From assembly GCA_046563655.1 (NCBI GenBank), contig CM102285.1, positions 6,200,001-6,264,000 on the forward strand: a stretch of 64,000 nt of DNA, given 5' to 3'. The position numbers and the translations under genes are program-made. Below, piece by piece: positions 23,001-34,463 of this stretch. The notes under the pieces are model-generated. The model was not told the DNA's origin. It made no database searches and saw nothing but the letters and a program-made list of their open reading frames with translations. How positions within the stretch are numbered: the stretch's first letter is position 1; each line of letters begins with the position of its first letter. This DNA is from Yuukianura sp. NJ FZ-2021. Taxonomy: Eukaryota.

Positions 23001-23953
23001 CTGCCATTCGTCTCCATTAAATAATCCCCTCGGAGGTGCAATTTTAGTTGTACTTTATTTTGACTGAGTGACGACGGCATTCTCCTCCAGAAGACAAAAG
23101 CAACCGCCATTCTGGTGTGTATCTGATCATTTTATGTTAAGTTTACAGTTTGGGAAAAGAAAGTGGAGGAAATTTTGAAAACTTCAGAGTAGAATAGCCG
23201 ACGTAAAAACAACATTAAAAATTTTAATTACATTCAATTTCACTCATGCAATACTGATTAATTATCAACAAAATGTCCGACATAAAACATTTTAACATTT
23301 TTAAGTGCTGTAACAAATTTACAAAAAAGTTCCAACATAACCCAAATTGGCTACAAGTTAAAGCTGCAAAACCTGTGACATGAAACGAGAAGGATAAAGG
23401 ACACCGACATTGTCAACTGACGTCGAAAATACTAGAACTTGAACATTGGTCAATTTTCAGTTAGCTACAAAATACTTGTTGCTACTTATCAAATACCTTG
23501 TTAATTACTTTTGGTTTCAATTTTAATTAAATCACACATTTAATCAGTCTGTGCTCTCAATGTGGTCAGTTATCGTCTACTAAAATTCAAGAATAACACC
23601 CATGAAGGCAATGCAATGGTCAGCTACTTTTAAAGGCTTTTAAAAAGTGAAAAAAAAACAATCGTAAGTCGAACAATTCCGCTTTCAGTTTATGCTTCTC
23701 ATTGATGCTGCTACTGAATAATTGTATAGGCCACTCAGTTCTATCTTCGAACCAACATAACTGCATAATAGTTTTCCTACTTTGTACTAAAGTACATCGC
23801 AATAAAAATTACATAAAAACTAACTGTAGCAACAACTGTCGAACAATTCACATAATTGAAGGTGGTTATCTCATGGAATATTACTGGAATAGGATGACAA
23901 GAGCATCACAAAGTAGTAACGTTGATCCCACCGCTTCTTTACACGCTGAAAAT

Positions 23954-25998
23954 ATGACACTTAAATGCAAAAGAATTTGCATAACTCAAATCAATTTGCA
24001 TAGGGCAGCTGCGGCGGCCTCTTCACTATGCAGAATGCTAATGTATGAGAGTACTTACGTAGCTCTCATACAGGAGCCAAAGACACAAAAGGATAGCGTG
24101 TGCTATTTGGATAAAAAAGGCTGTTATTACGTCAAATCTGGCGAAAGGCCGCGCGCATGCGTGGTAGTATCGGATGGGTTAGACGTTTGGCCTATACTAG
24201 ACATATCAGACAAAGACTGTATGGCTATTAAACTAACTTGCGGTGGCAGCGAATTAGTATTAGCTTCCATATATTTTCCTTACGATGGTACAGTAGAGTC
24301 TGCAACTGTAACAAAACTAATTCAATATTGCAAAAAAGCTGAATTACCACTGATTATTGGCTGCGACTCAAACGCACATCACGTGCTATGGGGTAGCACT
24401 GACAGTAATTCAAGGGGTGAACAATTACTAGATCTTCTAGAACAGAACGATTTACACGTAGTAAACAAAGGACATAAACCAACTTTTGTTACAAGAAGCA
24501 GAAGGGAGGTAATTGACCTCACCATTGCTTCAACTGAAGTTCTTGGGTTAATAACAAAATGGAGGGTAGGGGATGAAGAGTCCTTCTCTGACCATAGATA
24601 CATAAAATGGGAACTTGGTCTAGAAAGCCCCAAAAATGAATTTTACCGAAACAAAAGAAAAACTGAATTTGACTACTACAACTTTTTAGTTGAGGAGGAA
24701 CTTCAGAATGTGGAAATGACTCAACCAACAAATGTTGAGCAAACCGATAGGGCAGTTAATACTGTCACTGAAATTCTAACAAAATGCTTTGAAAGAAGCT
24801 GCCCGTTAAAACGGGTACGCAAAACTGGACCAACGAAAAGCTATTGGACGCCAACCCTCACATCAATGAGGAAAGCTTCCAGAAAGCTACATCGTTTAAC
24901 GCAACAAAATAATTATTCATACGAATCTTGGGTGCTGTACCAGGATTCACGCAATAAATACAATGCAGAACTGCGAAATGAAAAGCGCAGAGCCTGGAGA
25001 GACTATTGCAGTCAAGTGGAAAAAGTTCCACAGGCCTCCAGGGCAACCAAAATACTAGCTGGGGACAGAGTCATAGCTCTGGGTCCCATACAGCTAGAGA
25101 ATGGTAGTTATACTGCCTCACCAGAAGCAACTTTAGATTGCCTCCTAAATCATCATTTTCCTAATGACCCGCTTGCTCAAAGTGAGTTAGCGGGCATAAG
25201 TTACAATACTGATGGACCGTCACATGACACCGAGACCATCGACAAAATTGTTAGTGATTCAAAAATACTAGCATGCATAAACAGTTTCCAGGCATACAAG
25301 AGCCCTGGGCCAGACAATATATTTCCAGCTTTACTACAAAAAGCTCCACAAAAAATGATAAAATATCTTAACTTAATAGCCCGAGCCTGTTTACAACTTG
25401 GATACACTCCAAGATTGTGGAAAGTGGCTAGGGTAGTTTTCATACCGAAACCAGGAAAAGACAGCTACACTAAAGTTGGATCCTGGAGGCCTATTACACT
25501 GACATCATTCCTCTTAAAAGTTATTGAAAAACTGATAAATAATTATATCAAAACACCGGATGTTGTAGCCAAGCTAGAACAAAATGGACAATATGCCTAC
25601 CTTAAAGGACGTAGCTGCGACTCTGCCCTGCACAACCTGGTGGGCAGAATTGAGCGCTCACTAAAATCCAGTGAGCATGCTTTAGGCATGTTCCTGGATA
25701 TAGAGGGGGCGTTCTCAGCAGCAACATTCAAATCTATGCTCCAAGCACTAGATCGATTCAAAATTAACAAGACGGTTATCAAATGGACATCGTCAATGTT
25801 AACAAATAGAACTGTATATAGTGAACTAAATGGAAAAGCTATACGCAGGACTGTACAGAAGGGATGTCCACAAGGGGGAGTTCTTTCTCCACTTCTGTGG
25901 AATATGGTTCTAGATGAACTACTGTATATACTAAAGATTAAATTCCCTCAGATAAACACGCAAGGGTTTGCTGATGACGTTTCCTTGCTACAATGTGG
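23954..25998 (+). CDS. Outer LINE ORF2, 5' part: AP endonuclease plus RT up to FADD
   Basis: QINLHRA, LIQEP, IGCDSNAHH, IDLT, SDHRYI; KSPGPD, WRPITL, FLDIEGAF, GCPQGGVLSP, FADDV. Confidence 0.9.
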
Positions 25999-26761
25999 CA
26001 CAGTATAAAATATTCGAAAATTTTGAGACAAAATTTTTTTGGATCGTTTTTTTGCAGAAAGCTATAGATTATACCTAGTACTAATCCGAAATACCGAAAA
26101 AAATTCACCTCGGGCGACTTTATCCCGAAAAACCCGAAAAAACCGAAATCCGGGTATTTTGCACTTCCGGTTAATTTTGGTCGGGTTTTTTCAATTTGTA
26201 TCATTAGATCGTTATAAAAAAGTGCTAAGTTTCAAATTTCAGGTCAATATGTCAAGACATGGCGGAGTTACACCGTTTTAACCGAATTTCGGTGTCAACT
26301 TTGACATGTTCTCCCGGGTCAACCAGAGGCCAGAGCGATGAACCTAAGGTGTCGTTGGAAAGCTCTCACCTTTGGGAACAAATTATCTCTCATGACTATC
26401 TCTCTACGAGTGGTGGAATTTGAGATAAATCGATTTAAAGTGACCTCTGCAAAAATGGTCTGTTATGAGGGGATAGTAATGTCAAAAAGTGGTAGAGTGA
26501 AATTTAGCGAAAAATCACATCTAAAGCACTAAAGCATCTAAAACTTTCAGTTGGTGGTAAAATTTAAAGCAGTAACACATGTTTATAACCATAGTAGTTT
26601 TATGTTACCACTCATAAGCAATATTTTGTATTAGTAATAAAAGTACTTAGGTTCAGTTTAGCTGGTGTTTCATTGTTGAGCGCACTTGGGAACTTCCCCC
26701 AAGGCCCTGCCAATGCCCATTGTTTGATCCGTAGATCGAGGCTAGGAGTTAGTCCCTCATG

Positions 26762-26857
26762 GCACGCTTTGATAACCCAGGTAGCATCTGGAAGCACGCT
26801 TTGATAACCCAGGTAGCGTCTGGAGGCACGCTTTGGTAATCCAGGTAGCTTCTGGAA
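26762..26857. repeat. Three tandem 32-bp units downstream of the Transib ORF
   Basis: GCACGCTTTGATAACCCAGGTAGCATCTGGAA-like units start at 26762, 26794 and 26826. Confidence 0.85.
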
Positions 26858-26866
26858 AGTCCAAGC

Positions 26867-29323
26867 TTAAAGCACTTCTTCCGAGTCGAGTTCCACATAA
26901 TTTTCTTCGGTAAGATCCTCAAGCGGATCTGAATCTTCAACAGGAATTGACGTGCTGGGTGCCATTGGAGTAGCTAGTAATCCTAGCACTTCTGATGGCA
27001 AGCTTGGACGCTTGTTTTTTGCCCGTCTAAGCTTGACACTAATCGACGAAATAAATGGGTCAGATGTATCCATCGCAAAGTTAAAGATGTCTGTCATATT
27101 ATTTTTTTCACTTGATTTCCTGGCATGGTGCTCCCGATCACTTCTATAAAATTTGTTTCTGGACTCCCCCGCTTCCTCTCCGAACATTCCGATTGGCAGT
27201 ATATGCGAGGAGCAAATCTCTGGCCCGTGGATTAAGACTTTGTGTAAGGTAGCTGACATCGGGTACCATTCATAGAGTTCCACGTATCTGGCTGCTACCG
27301 ATAAGCAATAATTTTTGAATTTCTCGATGTCCAGCGGTAGATGACAATTGATTGCCGTTAACACTGTATACAACATACGCATTAGGCCTTCGTCCAACCC
27401 AAGTATTCTGGCGAAAACTTGATAGTTTTGAAATGCTCTTCTTGCAGTGTTACCGTCATTTGAAGATCCACCCCTTGGAGAAATTCCGTCCACATTCAAC
27501 CCAAGTTCATTCAAAATTTCCTCGCGAATTCTTTGTTTCCGATTCGACACATCGCTCACCATTTGTTTGTTTTTGTTGTCGATTCGCCAACAACGGTAAT
27601 CAAGCTTATACGCAATGTGGAGGCAGTTCTCCAGCGTTCGAATCCTAGCATGCAAGGGACTTAATCCATGTTGCCATGCATCGTGTTTTATTTGAAATGC
27701 GCTGGTTCCAATATTGTTGAGCTTATTGAACAAGGATGGAGTTGCCTTGCACATAGGACATGCCTGGGTTGACTTGGTGTTAGTTACAATTGACAACACC
27801 TTTCCATCAATTATAGTAAGGCTTAAACTGTAGGAAATAGACAGGGTTTTATTGTTTTCGAGATCAAAATCGTTGGAATTCAGAGACTCAATCTCAGCTT
27901 GCACTCTTTCCTTTTCAGAGTTCACAAGACTTGCGTCTTCCTTAGCGAACTGAAGCTTTAATGGCCTGCAAAATCTAACCGATTGTGGGGACGGGTTTTG
28001 CCATAGAATGGCATCCGTCTCCATACATCTCAGGCGGAGCGGTATCACGGTTGTAGCAAAAAGTGTTGATCTATCTTTTTGGTTGATATTTTTGATTTTG
28101 TACTTTGACTGGCCTCCACTTCCATCAAAACCCCAGGAACAAATAAGCTCCGCAGACATATCTGAAGGAAATGAGGCCAATACTTGTCCTTGCGTTGCCA
28201 CTATGCGCGCAGCAGTGTGTTGTAAAAGTGTTTGGAGTGGAACGCACACCGATACTTCTTCCCCGTTGTAACTTGGCTCACATGGCCTGCAGGCTCGCTT
28301 CACCAATGCAACGCGATAATACGGCGGGTAAAGCTTGGAACCAACAGCAAGGGCTGAAGACCGTATCCCTTCATATTGCGACACAGTTAGCCTCTGGTCT
28401 AGCAGCAACGCTAACGCATTCTCGTCCGAATATGTGCCCACTTCTTCTTTAGAAGCTAATGATGACAACAGCTTTCCCGCCAAGTTTTCGTTCTTGCTGA
28501 GCATTGTCAAAAGCTTTGACAGCTCCGTCTTTCCCTTTCCCTTCAACGTGCGACTCGTCGCAGAGAGCAGAAGGGGAGTGGACCACCCCTCCTGCTGCTC
28601 CACGCTTAAGCTTGTGTAGCGGTCTTGGGTACGTTTTGATTTTGCTTTGAAATCAGGCGTATCAAGTGTTAGTTTCCGTTTAGCTGTGCTTCCGATGTGG
28701 GATTCCTCGGAATCCTTTCGCTGTGGGGTAGTTGGGAGGTGAGGTGGTAACCGAACTGCATGGGGCATCACCGCGGACTCGAATAAATCAAAGTCAAACT
28801 CTGAATTCAGCCAATCAGCATACTTTTTCTTAAAATTCGCTGTCTTCCGTTGGCAGCCTTGGTGTTTTTTCTTGAAGTTTTTGTACAATTTTTCAACCTC
28901 AGAGCGTAATGAGTTTGTTTTATCAAAACTCAAGGTACTAGTGAGCTTGGAGGTAATGTACCTCAAACAGGCTTCTACTGGGTCCAGCTTTTCGTTTAAG
29001 AAGATTTCTATGAGTGTTGAATTCTTTAATGGAGTTGCCGCCGCAACACTCCTCGTGCTGTCCGTAAAAGCCGAACCGGATGGTGTAACGACCACCTGCT
29101 CATAGCTTTCAAAAAGCACTACAGGCTGAGCGTGACCTGTAGTGGTGAGGGCGCCATCCCCCACTTCACATGTTGGCGAGATTTCGCATGAGCCAGGCAG
29201 GTAGCTCGCCTCTCCTGCCCCCCCTCGCTCTACATCCGTCGGTCGGGGCGCCGACGGATATCCCCCAGAAGGGCCGGGCAAGCCCTCCTGAGGCAATTGA
29301 CCATGGGTCTGTGACGGCTCCAT
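26867..29323 (-). CDS. Transib transposase (RAG1-core homologue), uninterrupted 818 aa
   Basis: WGFDGSGGQ (D1), WQNPSPQSVRFCRPL, TIIDGK (D2), CPMC, GLSPLHARIR, NDGNTARRAF, TLHKVLIHG, GEEAGESRNK (E), HARK. Confidence 0.93.
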   Translation of the reverse strand: MEPSQTHGQLPQEGLPGPSGGYPSAPRPTDVERGGAGEASYLPGSCEISPTCEVGDGALTTTGHAQPVVLFESYEQVVVTPSGSAFTDSTRSVAAATPLKNSTLIEIFLNEKLDPVEACLRYITSKLTSTLSFDKTNSLRSEVEKLYKNFKKKHQGCQRKTANFKKKYADWLNSEFDFDLFESAVMPHAVRLPPHLPTTPQRKDSEESHIGSTAKRKLTLDTPDFKAKSKRTQDRYTSLSVEQQEGWSTPLLLSATSRTLKGKGKTELSKLLTMLSKNENLAGKLLSSLASKEEVGTYSDENALALLLDQRLTVSQYEGIRSSALAVGSKLYPPYYRVALVKRACRPCEPSYNGEEVSVCVPLQTLLQHTAARIVATQGQVLASFPSDMSAELICSWGFDGSGGQSKYKIKNINQKDRSTLFATTVIPLRLRCMETDAILWQNPSPQSVRFCRPLKLQFAKEDASLVNSEKERVQAEIESLNSNDFDLENNKTLSISYSLSLTIIDGKVLSIVTNTKSTQACPMCKATPSLFNKLNNIGTSAFQIKHDAWQHGLSPLHARIRTLENCLHIAYKLDYRCWRIDNKNKQMVSDVSNRKQRIREEILNELGLNVDGISPRGGSSNDGNTARRAFQNYQVFARILGLDEGLMRMLYTVLTAINCHLPLDIEKFKNYCLSVAARYVELYEWYPMSATLHKVLIHGPEICSSHILPIGMFGEEAGESRNKFYRSDREHHARKSSEKNNMTDIFNFAMDTSDPFISSISVKLRRAKNKRPSLPSEVLGLLATPMAPSTSIPVEDSDPLEDLTEENYVELDSEEVL

Positions 29324-30154
29324 GGCCTCGCCCTCGCCTTCTCTGGAGAATGGTTACCGCAAGGGGTTTCTTTAACGAGGGCGGACCCCTTCCCTTGCGA
29401 CCATTCTCCTTCATCGAAGGACGAAGGTTGGTACATTCAGACAAATATTTGTTCTTTCTTGTTTACAACAATAAAGTTTCTAAAAATTACTATTGTGCTA
29501 CACATGTGTTACTGCTTTAAATTTTACCACCAACTGAAAGTTTTAGGTGCTTTAGTGCTTTAGATGTGATTTTTCGCTAAATTTCACTCTACCACTTTTT
29601 GACATTACTATCCCCTCATAACAGACCATTTTTGCAGAGGTCACTTTAAATCGATTTATCTCAAATTCCACCACTCGAAGAGAGATAGTCATGAGAGATA
29701 ATTTGTTCCCAAAGGTGAGAGCTTTCCAACGACACCTTAGGTTCATCGCTCTGGCCTCTGGTTGACCCGGGAGAACATGTCAAAGTTGACACCGAAATTC
29801 GGTTAAAACGGTGTAACTCCGCCATGTCTTGACATATCAATCAATCAATCATCAGTTTATTTGACTTGGCCGTTGCCCTATCAATTACAGACCTGCAGCT
29901 CGTTTAAATTGTAAAGAATCAGTATAACCTAGTCAAAATGGTAAAATGGATCAAATGAAAGTAAGAGTGTAAGAGTCGAGGTGTGAGAAATTACGTGAAG
30001 TTAAATTAACCTTAAGTATGGAATTATGCTATGGTCAATTAAGTAAAATAGGTGCATAGTCCTTAGTAGAAATTATGAGGGTAAAAAGGGCAAAAAGTAT
30101 TAATTTGAGTAGTGGGGGAAGAATTCTGCAATGGGTTAGAAGCTTGCGATGAGG

Positions 30155-33100
30155 TTACGATGGTGTTCCCGGATCCAGCGTTGGCTCGAACATTGATAGC
30201 ACTCTGAGGCTCAAATTTTGTAGGTTTTTAGTGAATGTGGTCTCGTTGATGTGCGAACTGACCCAGACAATTGGACAGTGGTTCGGCGGGATGTGCAATT
30301 CGTTCCTGTGAGTATTAGTCTGTGGACAGGCCCAAAGGGCGTGATAATAGGACAGTTGGTCCCCACAAAAACTGCAGTGTTTTTCGTTGAAGTGGCCGAG
30401 ATCCAGAAATTTCCGGTTATAGTATACTTGATTCATGTTTAGTCGGATCTGCATAATCATCCTGGTGAGGTGTGCTGGGAAACGCTTGGAAAATATTTCT
30501 TCTGCTGGGAATTCTTCCGCGAGAGTCGAGTAATGTGGTATACAACTGCTCAACAATGCTTTTCTTTTGTCTGCTTCAGTGTAGAAGTTGGCAAGGTTTT
30601 TAATTATTGATTTTGTTTTTGCTCTGATATTATTAATATTTCCACAATCATAGGCACCTTCTTCCCCGATTTGAGCAAGTGCAGCTCTGAGCTGCAAGCA
30701 CCAACTGTATTTTGTGTCAGGGTAAAGTGAGGTGACTTTCCTTAATTGTAGATAAGCGTTTTTGGTGAGGTCAGAGCAAGATTTGGAGTGAAATTTTGTG
30801 AACAGTTGCCAAGTTCTTCTCACAATTTCGAATTCCAATGGAAGGGACTTCGTCTCTAGCCGTATGAAGTATCTTGGTGTGGTAAAAGGTAGGTGAAAAA
30901 CTCGTTTGTAGAAGTTTTGTTGGACCGTTTCAATGGCATTTGAGTGGAGTATACCCCATGTTTCACAGTTGTATAATGTTGTTGATTTTACCAGCGAGTT
31001 TAGCAGCATCTTAACGGTCCAGAGATCAATGTAAGTTTGTTTCTTCAGCATGCTAAAAACAGCTCCCTGTGCTGAAGTGCCTTTTTCCACTGCGGCCCTT
31101 GCGGCTTTTTGAAATGTCCCGTTTGATTGAAAAATTACGCCAAGATACTTGTACTCTGTAACTGTTTCGATCCGTGTTCTATTCCAAAAGAAGAGATCGT
31201 CTTTTCGCATCCTCCCCGATCGACGGAAAGCTACTACCTTTGTTTTGGAAAGGTTGACTTTGAGGCCTCTGGATTTGAAAAAGTTGGATGCGATTTTGAT
31301 TTTCTCTTGCAGTAGCTCTTTGGACTGGGCTGTGATTACAAGGTCATCGGCGTATAGAAGGATGTGGATAATGCGGGAGCCCAGAGTGAATCCTTTTAGC
31401 AGTGAATTTGAAAATATGTTTACCAGATCCTCAATGAACAAGTTGAAAAGAGTGGGGCTGGCAGATTCACCTTGAAGCACTCCCTTCATTATTTTAATTG
31501 GCTCCGTTGGGCCGTCGCTGGTATTAATTTGGGCCGTGGCGTTGTGATAAAGGGACTTGAACACATTGAGAAATTTGTTTGAGACACCCATATTTTCCAG
31601 TACTTCCCAGAGGAGAGAGTGGTTTGGAGTGTCGAAAGCCTGTGACAAGTCTACGAAAGCGGCATATAACTCCTTTCGTTTCAGGAGCTGACATTGAATC
31701 ATAGACATCAGTGTAATTGTGTGATCAGTGCATGATCTGGATTTTCGGAAGCCTGCTTGAAAGTCTGAAATTTTATGGTTGGAATTTATCCAATTGACGA
31801 GTCTTGCATTCAACACTTTGGTAAATAGTTTTAGAATTGTGTTCATCAGTGATATTGGACGGTAATTTTGTGGTAGGTCTTTTGGGCCTTTTTTATACAG
31901 TGGAAGAATTCGAGCATTACACCAATGAGTTGGTAGTATCCCATTCTGTAGGATATTTTGGAATAGTGTAACTAGGAAGATTAAAACATTCGGAGTAGCA
32001 GCTTTCCAGAGTTCATTCGGGATTCTGTCGGGACCTGTTGCTTTGCGCGTCTTCAATGTCTTTGTTGCCATCCTTATTTCCAACGCTGTTACGTCGCGAT
32101 CTAGTATTTCATTCTCTACTAACGGCTTAAGCGCGAGTCGCTGGGGAGGTATGTCACGAACTTTAAAGAGGTCCTGAAAGTGTTGAAACCAAGTTTCCTT
32201 CGGGATCTTATCTTGTGGGGTTGAATGCGTTGTGAAGTATTTTACCGCCTTCCAGAAACTAGCCGGATCCTTTGATGCGTGGAGCTGGGAGACAAAGTTC
32301 GAAACGAACACCGATTTCTTATTTAGTAGCTGTTGTTTATATAGTTTCTGTGTTTCTAGGTAGAGATTTGCATACACCGCTTTATTCTCTCCGCTACACC
32401 TTCTCAGCTTGCGCAAGGCATTATTTTTCTTCCACTTCAAGGAGTTTAGCTCGGCATCAAACCATTTCGGCTTCGGTATTACTGGCCTTGGTTTTGCCTT
32501 TTTATAGTTACCAGTTGCCTTGGCTGTTTCGAGGATATTTTGTTGTAGTTGAAGGCTGGCTTCGTTTGCATCATCGAATTCATAATTCAGTAAAGCCTCG
32601 AGCTGTTTATAGAATGTGTGTTTTTCCAGTTTCTCAGTGGGGATTATTATCTTCTCTTGGCGTAGGCTCTTGTTGTTCTGAGGTTGGTTGACCGTTTTTT
32701 GGAGTGAGAGGAGCAATGGGAAGTGGTCCGAATGATGCCAGTCTAGTATTTTCAAGTTCCGAAGGTTGTCTCGACAATTGTGCGATGAGAGAACAAGATC
32801 TACTACGCTGCACCCTGCATTTGCTGGATTTACCATGGTTATTTCTCCAAGTTCATCTCCAGTTATTGCTCCATTGCAGATTGTGAGGTTACAGGCTGCA
32901 GCAGCTGCTAGTAGGTTTCTCCCATTTCCATTTACCAACTTGTCCTTGCTTTTTCTTTTATATAATGGAGTGGTGTTTCTCTCCCCAGTTCTTGAGTTTA
33001 AGTCTCCAACTAGTAGTGCTGGTTTATTTGTGTATTTCAAAATTTCAAGCGTCTCCGTCACTAGTTTTTGGTTGGATTTGTCTGGCGGGATGTAGGCGAA

Positions 33101-33415
33101 TAGCAGGAGAAATTGTGATTTATGGTTTTGGACGGCTAGTAGTATTGAGAACTCCGTTGTCCCTAGCAATGAAACTTCTGTGTCTATTGAGCTGTGCCAG
33201 CCATAGATGAATCCACCGTAAGGACGACCTCTGGATTGTTTTTTAGCTGGGATTTGATGAACGGTATACTGTTGCTGTAATTTGTCGTTTTTGTAACTTT
33301 CCCATTGCATTGATTCCGATAGGCAGAAAAGAGAAGGTTGGAGCGTCAGAAATTCGTCCCAAAAAGTAGGTCCTAGGTTATTTACACTTTTTGCATTCAA
33401 ATAGAAAATTGTCAT
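30155..33415 (-). CDS. Inner LINE ORF2: AP endonuclease, reverse transcriptase and C-terminal CCHC, 1086 aa
   Basis: YLNAKS, LSES, VGDLNSR, VVDL, SDHFPL; KATGPD, NYRPISL, QAGFR, FVDLSQAFD, GVLQG..SPTLF, LYADD, YKYLG; CSFC..HALWAC. Confidence 0.95.
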   Translation of the reverse strand: MTIFYLNAKSVNNLGPTFWDEFLTLQPSLFCLSESMQWESYKNDKLQQQYTVHQIPAKKQSRGRPYGGFIYGWHSSIDTEVSLLGTTEFSILLAVQNHKSQFLLLFAYIPPDKSNQKLVTETLEILKYTNKPALLVGDLNSRTGERNTTPLYKRKSKDKLVNGNGRNLLAAAAACNLTICNGAITGDELGEITMVNPANAGCSVVDLVLSSHNCRDNLRNLKILDWHHSDHFPLLLSLQKTVNQPQNNKSLRQEKIIIPTEKLEKHTFYKQLEALLNYEFDDANEASLQLQQNILETAKATGNYKKAKPRPVIPKPKWFDAELNSLKWKKNNALRKLRRCSGENKAVYANLYLETQKLYKQQLLNKKSVFVSNFVSQLHASKDPASFWKAVKYFTTHSTPQDKIPKETWFQHFQDLFKVRDIPPQRLALKPLVENEILDRDVTALEIRMATKTLKTRKATGPDRIPNELWKAATPNVLIFLVTLFQNILQNGILPTHWCNARILPLYKKGPKDLPQNYRPISLMNTILKLFTKVLNARLVNWINSNHKISDFQAGFRKSRSCTDHTITLMSMIQCQLLKRKELYAAFVDLSQAFDTPNHSLLWEVLENMGVSNKFLNVFKSLYHNATAQINTSDGPTEPIKIMKGVLQGESASPTLFNLFIEDLVNIFSNSLLKGFTLGSRIIHILLYADDLVITAQSKELLQEKIKIASNFFKSRGLKVNLSKTKVVAFRRSGRMRKDDLFFWNRTRIETVTEYKYLGVIFQSNGTFQKAARAAVEKGTSAQGAVFSMLKKQTYIDLWTVKMLLNSLVKSTTLYNCETWGILHSNAIETVQQNFYKRVFHLPFTTPRYFIRLETKSLPLEFEIVRRTWQLFTKFHSKSCSDLTKNAYLQLRKVTSLYPDTKYSWCLQLRAALAQIGEEGAYDCGNINNIRAKTKSIIKNLANFYTEADKRKALLSSCIPHYSTLAEEFPAEEIFSKRFPAHLTRMIMQIRLNMNQVYYNRKFLDLGHFNEKHCSFCGDQLSYYHALWACPQTNTHRNELHIPPNHCPIVWVSSHINETTFTKNLQNLSLRVLSMFEPTLDPGTPS

Positions 33416-33517
33416 GTTGATTAAAATTAGCTCGCTGCAGGGTGGTGTATAGAGTACGGAAACTCTATTGTTTGTCTTTGTCTGTTTGTATTGTGTGTTG
33501 ACAGGGCGGCCGCGTCC

Positions 33518-34270
33518 TCATTTTGGGGTTGGGAAGGTGGATCGAAGAGTAGAAGGGAATGACTTAGTGGCTGTTGAGCTGAATGATGATGTAGATTCCC
33601 GAGGACGGTTTCCTTGTCCATTTTGTCGTGATTCTCGGTTCCGTTGTCGTTCGGTCCTGGTTTCAATTGTGAGGTCTTCAGTGATAGAGTAAATTTCTCT
33701 ATTTTGGATGAAGGTCTTCCGCAACTGAAGAGCTTGCATGCGTTGTGGGTAGGTGGCGATGCGCACCTTAATTGGGCGGGGCTTGTCAGACGACGGGTTA
33801 AATTTTCCAATCCTGTATGCATCTTCTACATTGACTCGAACTTGATAGTGGTTGAAGAAATCGTTCGTGACGTTCGTGGTATTTTCATTTGAAGCTTCTG
33901 GAAGTCCGTGGATCAGAACGTTGTTCCTTCTTAGTTCGTCTGTGAGACGAGAGTTCATTTTTTTCAGTTGCTCGATTTCTTTTTGCTGCGTATCAGTTTT
34001 CGATTGTAATTCTTCGATCTGTTCTTGGTATTTCTCAAGTTTGGACTCAATGGAGTCACATCTCGTGTCAATTTTCGTATCAATATTTGCAAGCATTTTT
34101 GTCATTACTGCCATTAAATCATCGTTCGAGACATTTGATCGTTTCTGGGCTGGCTCACTTCCAGCGTTGGGTTCTGATTCGGCAGCTCGTTTACTTCCCT
34201 TGCTTTGTGGTAGGAACGGTAGAGTGGTTTGAGACATCTTCTCAGACACGGGAGAACGTGAAATTGGCAT
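33518..34270 (-). CDS. Inner LINE ORF1: coiled coil plus RRM-like nucleic-acid-binding protein, 250 aa
   Basis: Heptad-rich segment, then RRNNVLIHGLPE, AYRIGK, RPIKV and ITEDLT, as in LINE ORF1 proteins. Lies 5' of ORF2 on the same strand. Confidence 0.85.
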   Translation of the reverse strand: MPISRSPVSEKMSQTTLPFLPQSKGSKRAAESEPNAGSEPAQKRSNVSNDDLMAVMTKMLANIDTKIDTRCDSIESKLEKYQEQIEELQSKTDTQQKEIEQLKKMNSRLTDELRRNNVLIHGLPEASNENTTNVTNDFFNHYQVRVNVEDAYRIGKFNPSSDKPRPIKVRIATYPQRMQALQLRKTFIQNREIYSITEDLTIETRTERQRNRESRQNGQGNRPRESTSSFSSTATKSFPSTLRSTFPTPK

Positions 34271-34329
34271 CTACTTTGACTTGAGTTACCTTTGCCTTTC
34301 TAACGGTTTCCCTCACCAGGTTACGTTTC

Positions 34330-34463
34330 GGATTACCTTAACCAGGTTATCCTGTGGATTACCTTAACCAGGTTATCCTGTGGATTGCCTTAACCAGGTT
34401 ATCCTGTGGATTACCTTAACCAGGTTATCCTGTGGATTACCTTAACCAGGTTATCCTGTGGAT
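34330..34463. repeat. Five tandem 26-bp monomers forming the LINE 5' end
   Basis: GGATTACCTTAACCAGGTTATCCTGT units start at 34330, 34356, 34382, 34408 and 34434, with a partial unit at 34460. Confidence 0.92.

Larger units (their letters stand above)
29838..34463 (-). mobile_element. Full-length two-ORF non-LTR retrotransposon (clade unresolved; CR1/L2-group- or RTE-X-like) inserted in the Transib TIR
   Basis: 13-bp TSD TGTCTTGACATAT (29825-29837 and 34464-34476). Minus-strand AATAAA plus (GATT)n tail at 29838-29861. 5' tandem repeats. Intact ORF1 and ORF2. Confidence 0.92.

Noticed and set aside
23539..23545. TTTAATC as TSD of the outer LINE (matches 36632-36638)
   Set aside because: Homology to the paralogous flank at ~21060-21340 continues past this point, so the LINE starts further right.
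23702..23953. N-terminal 84 codons of the 768-aa ORF
   Set aside because: These codons lie mostly outside the inferred element boundary and lack ORF1/gag motifs. Probably a chance open frame upstream of ATG 23954.
26338..29746. Identical 64-aa ORFs at 26338-26532 (+) and 29552-29746 (-)
   Set aside because: They are mirror images within the two Transib TIRs, with no recognisable protein features.
34330..34463. 26-bp repeats as CRISPR repeats or iterons
   Set aside because: There are no spacers, and the array lies inside the TSD-defined LINE.
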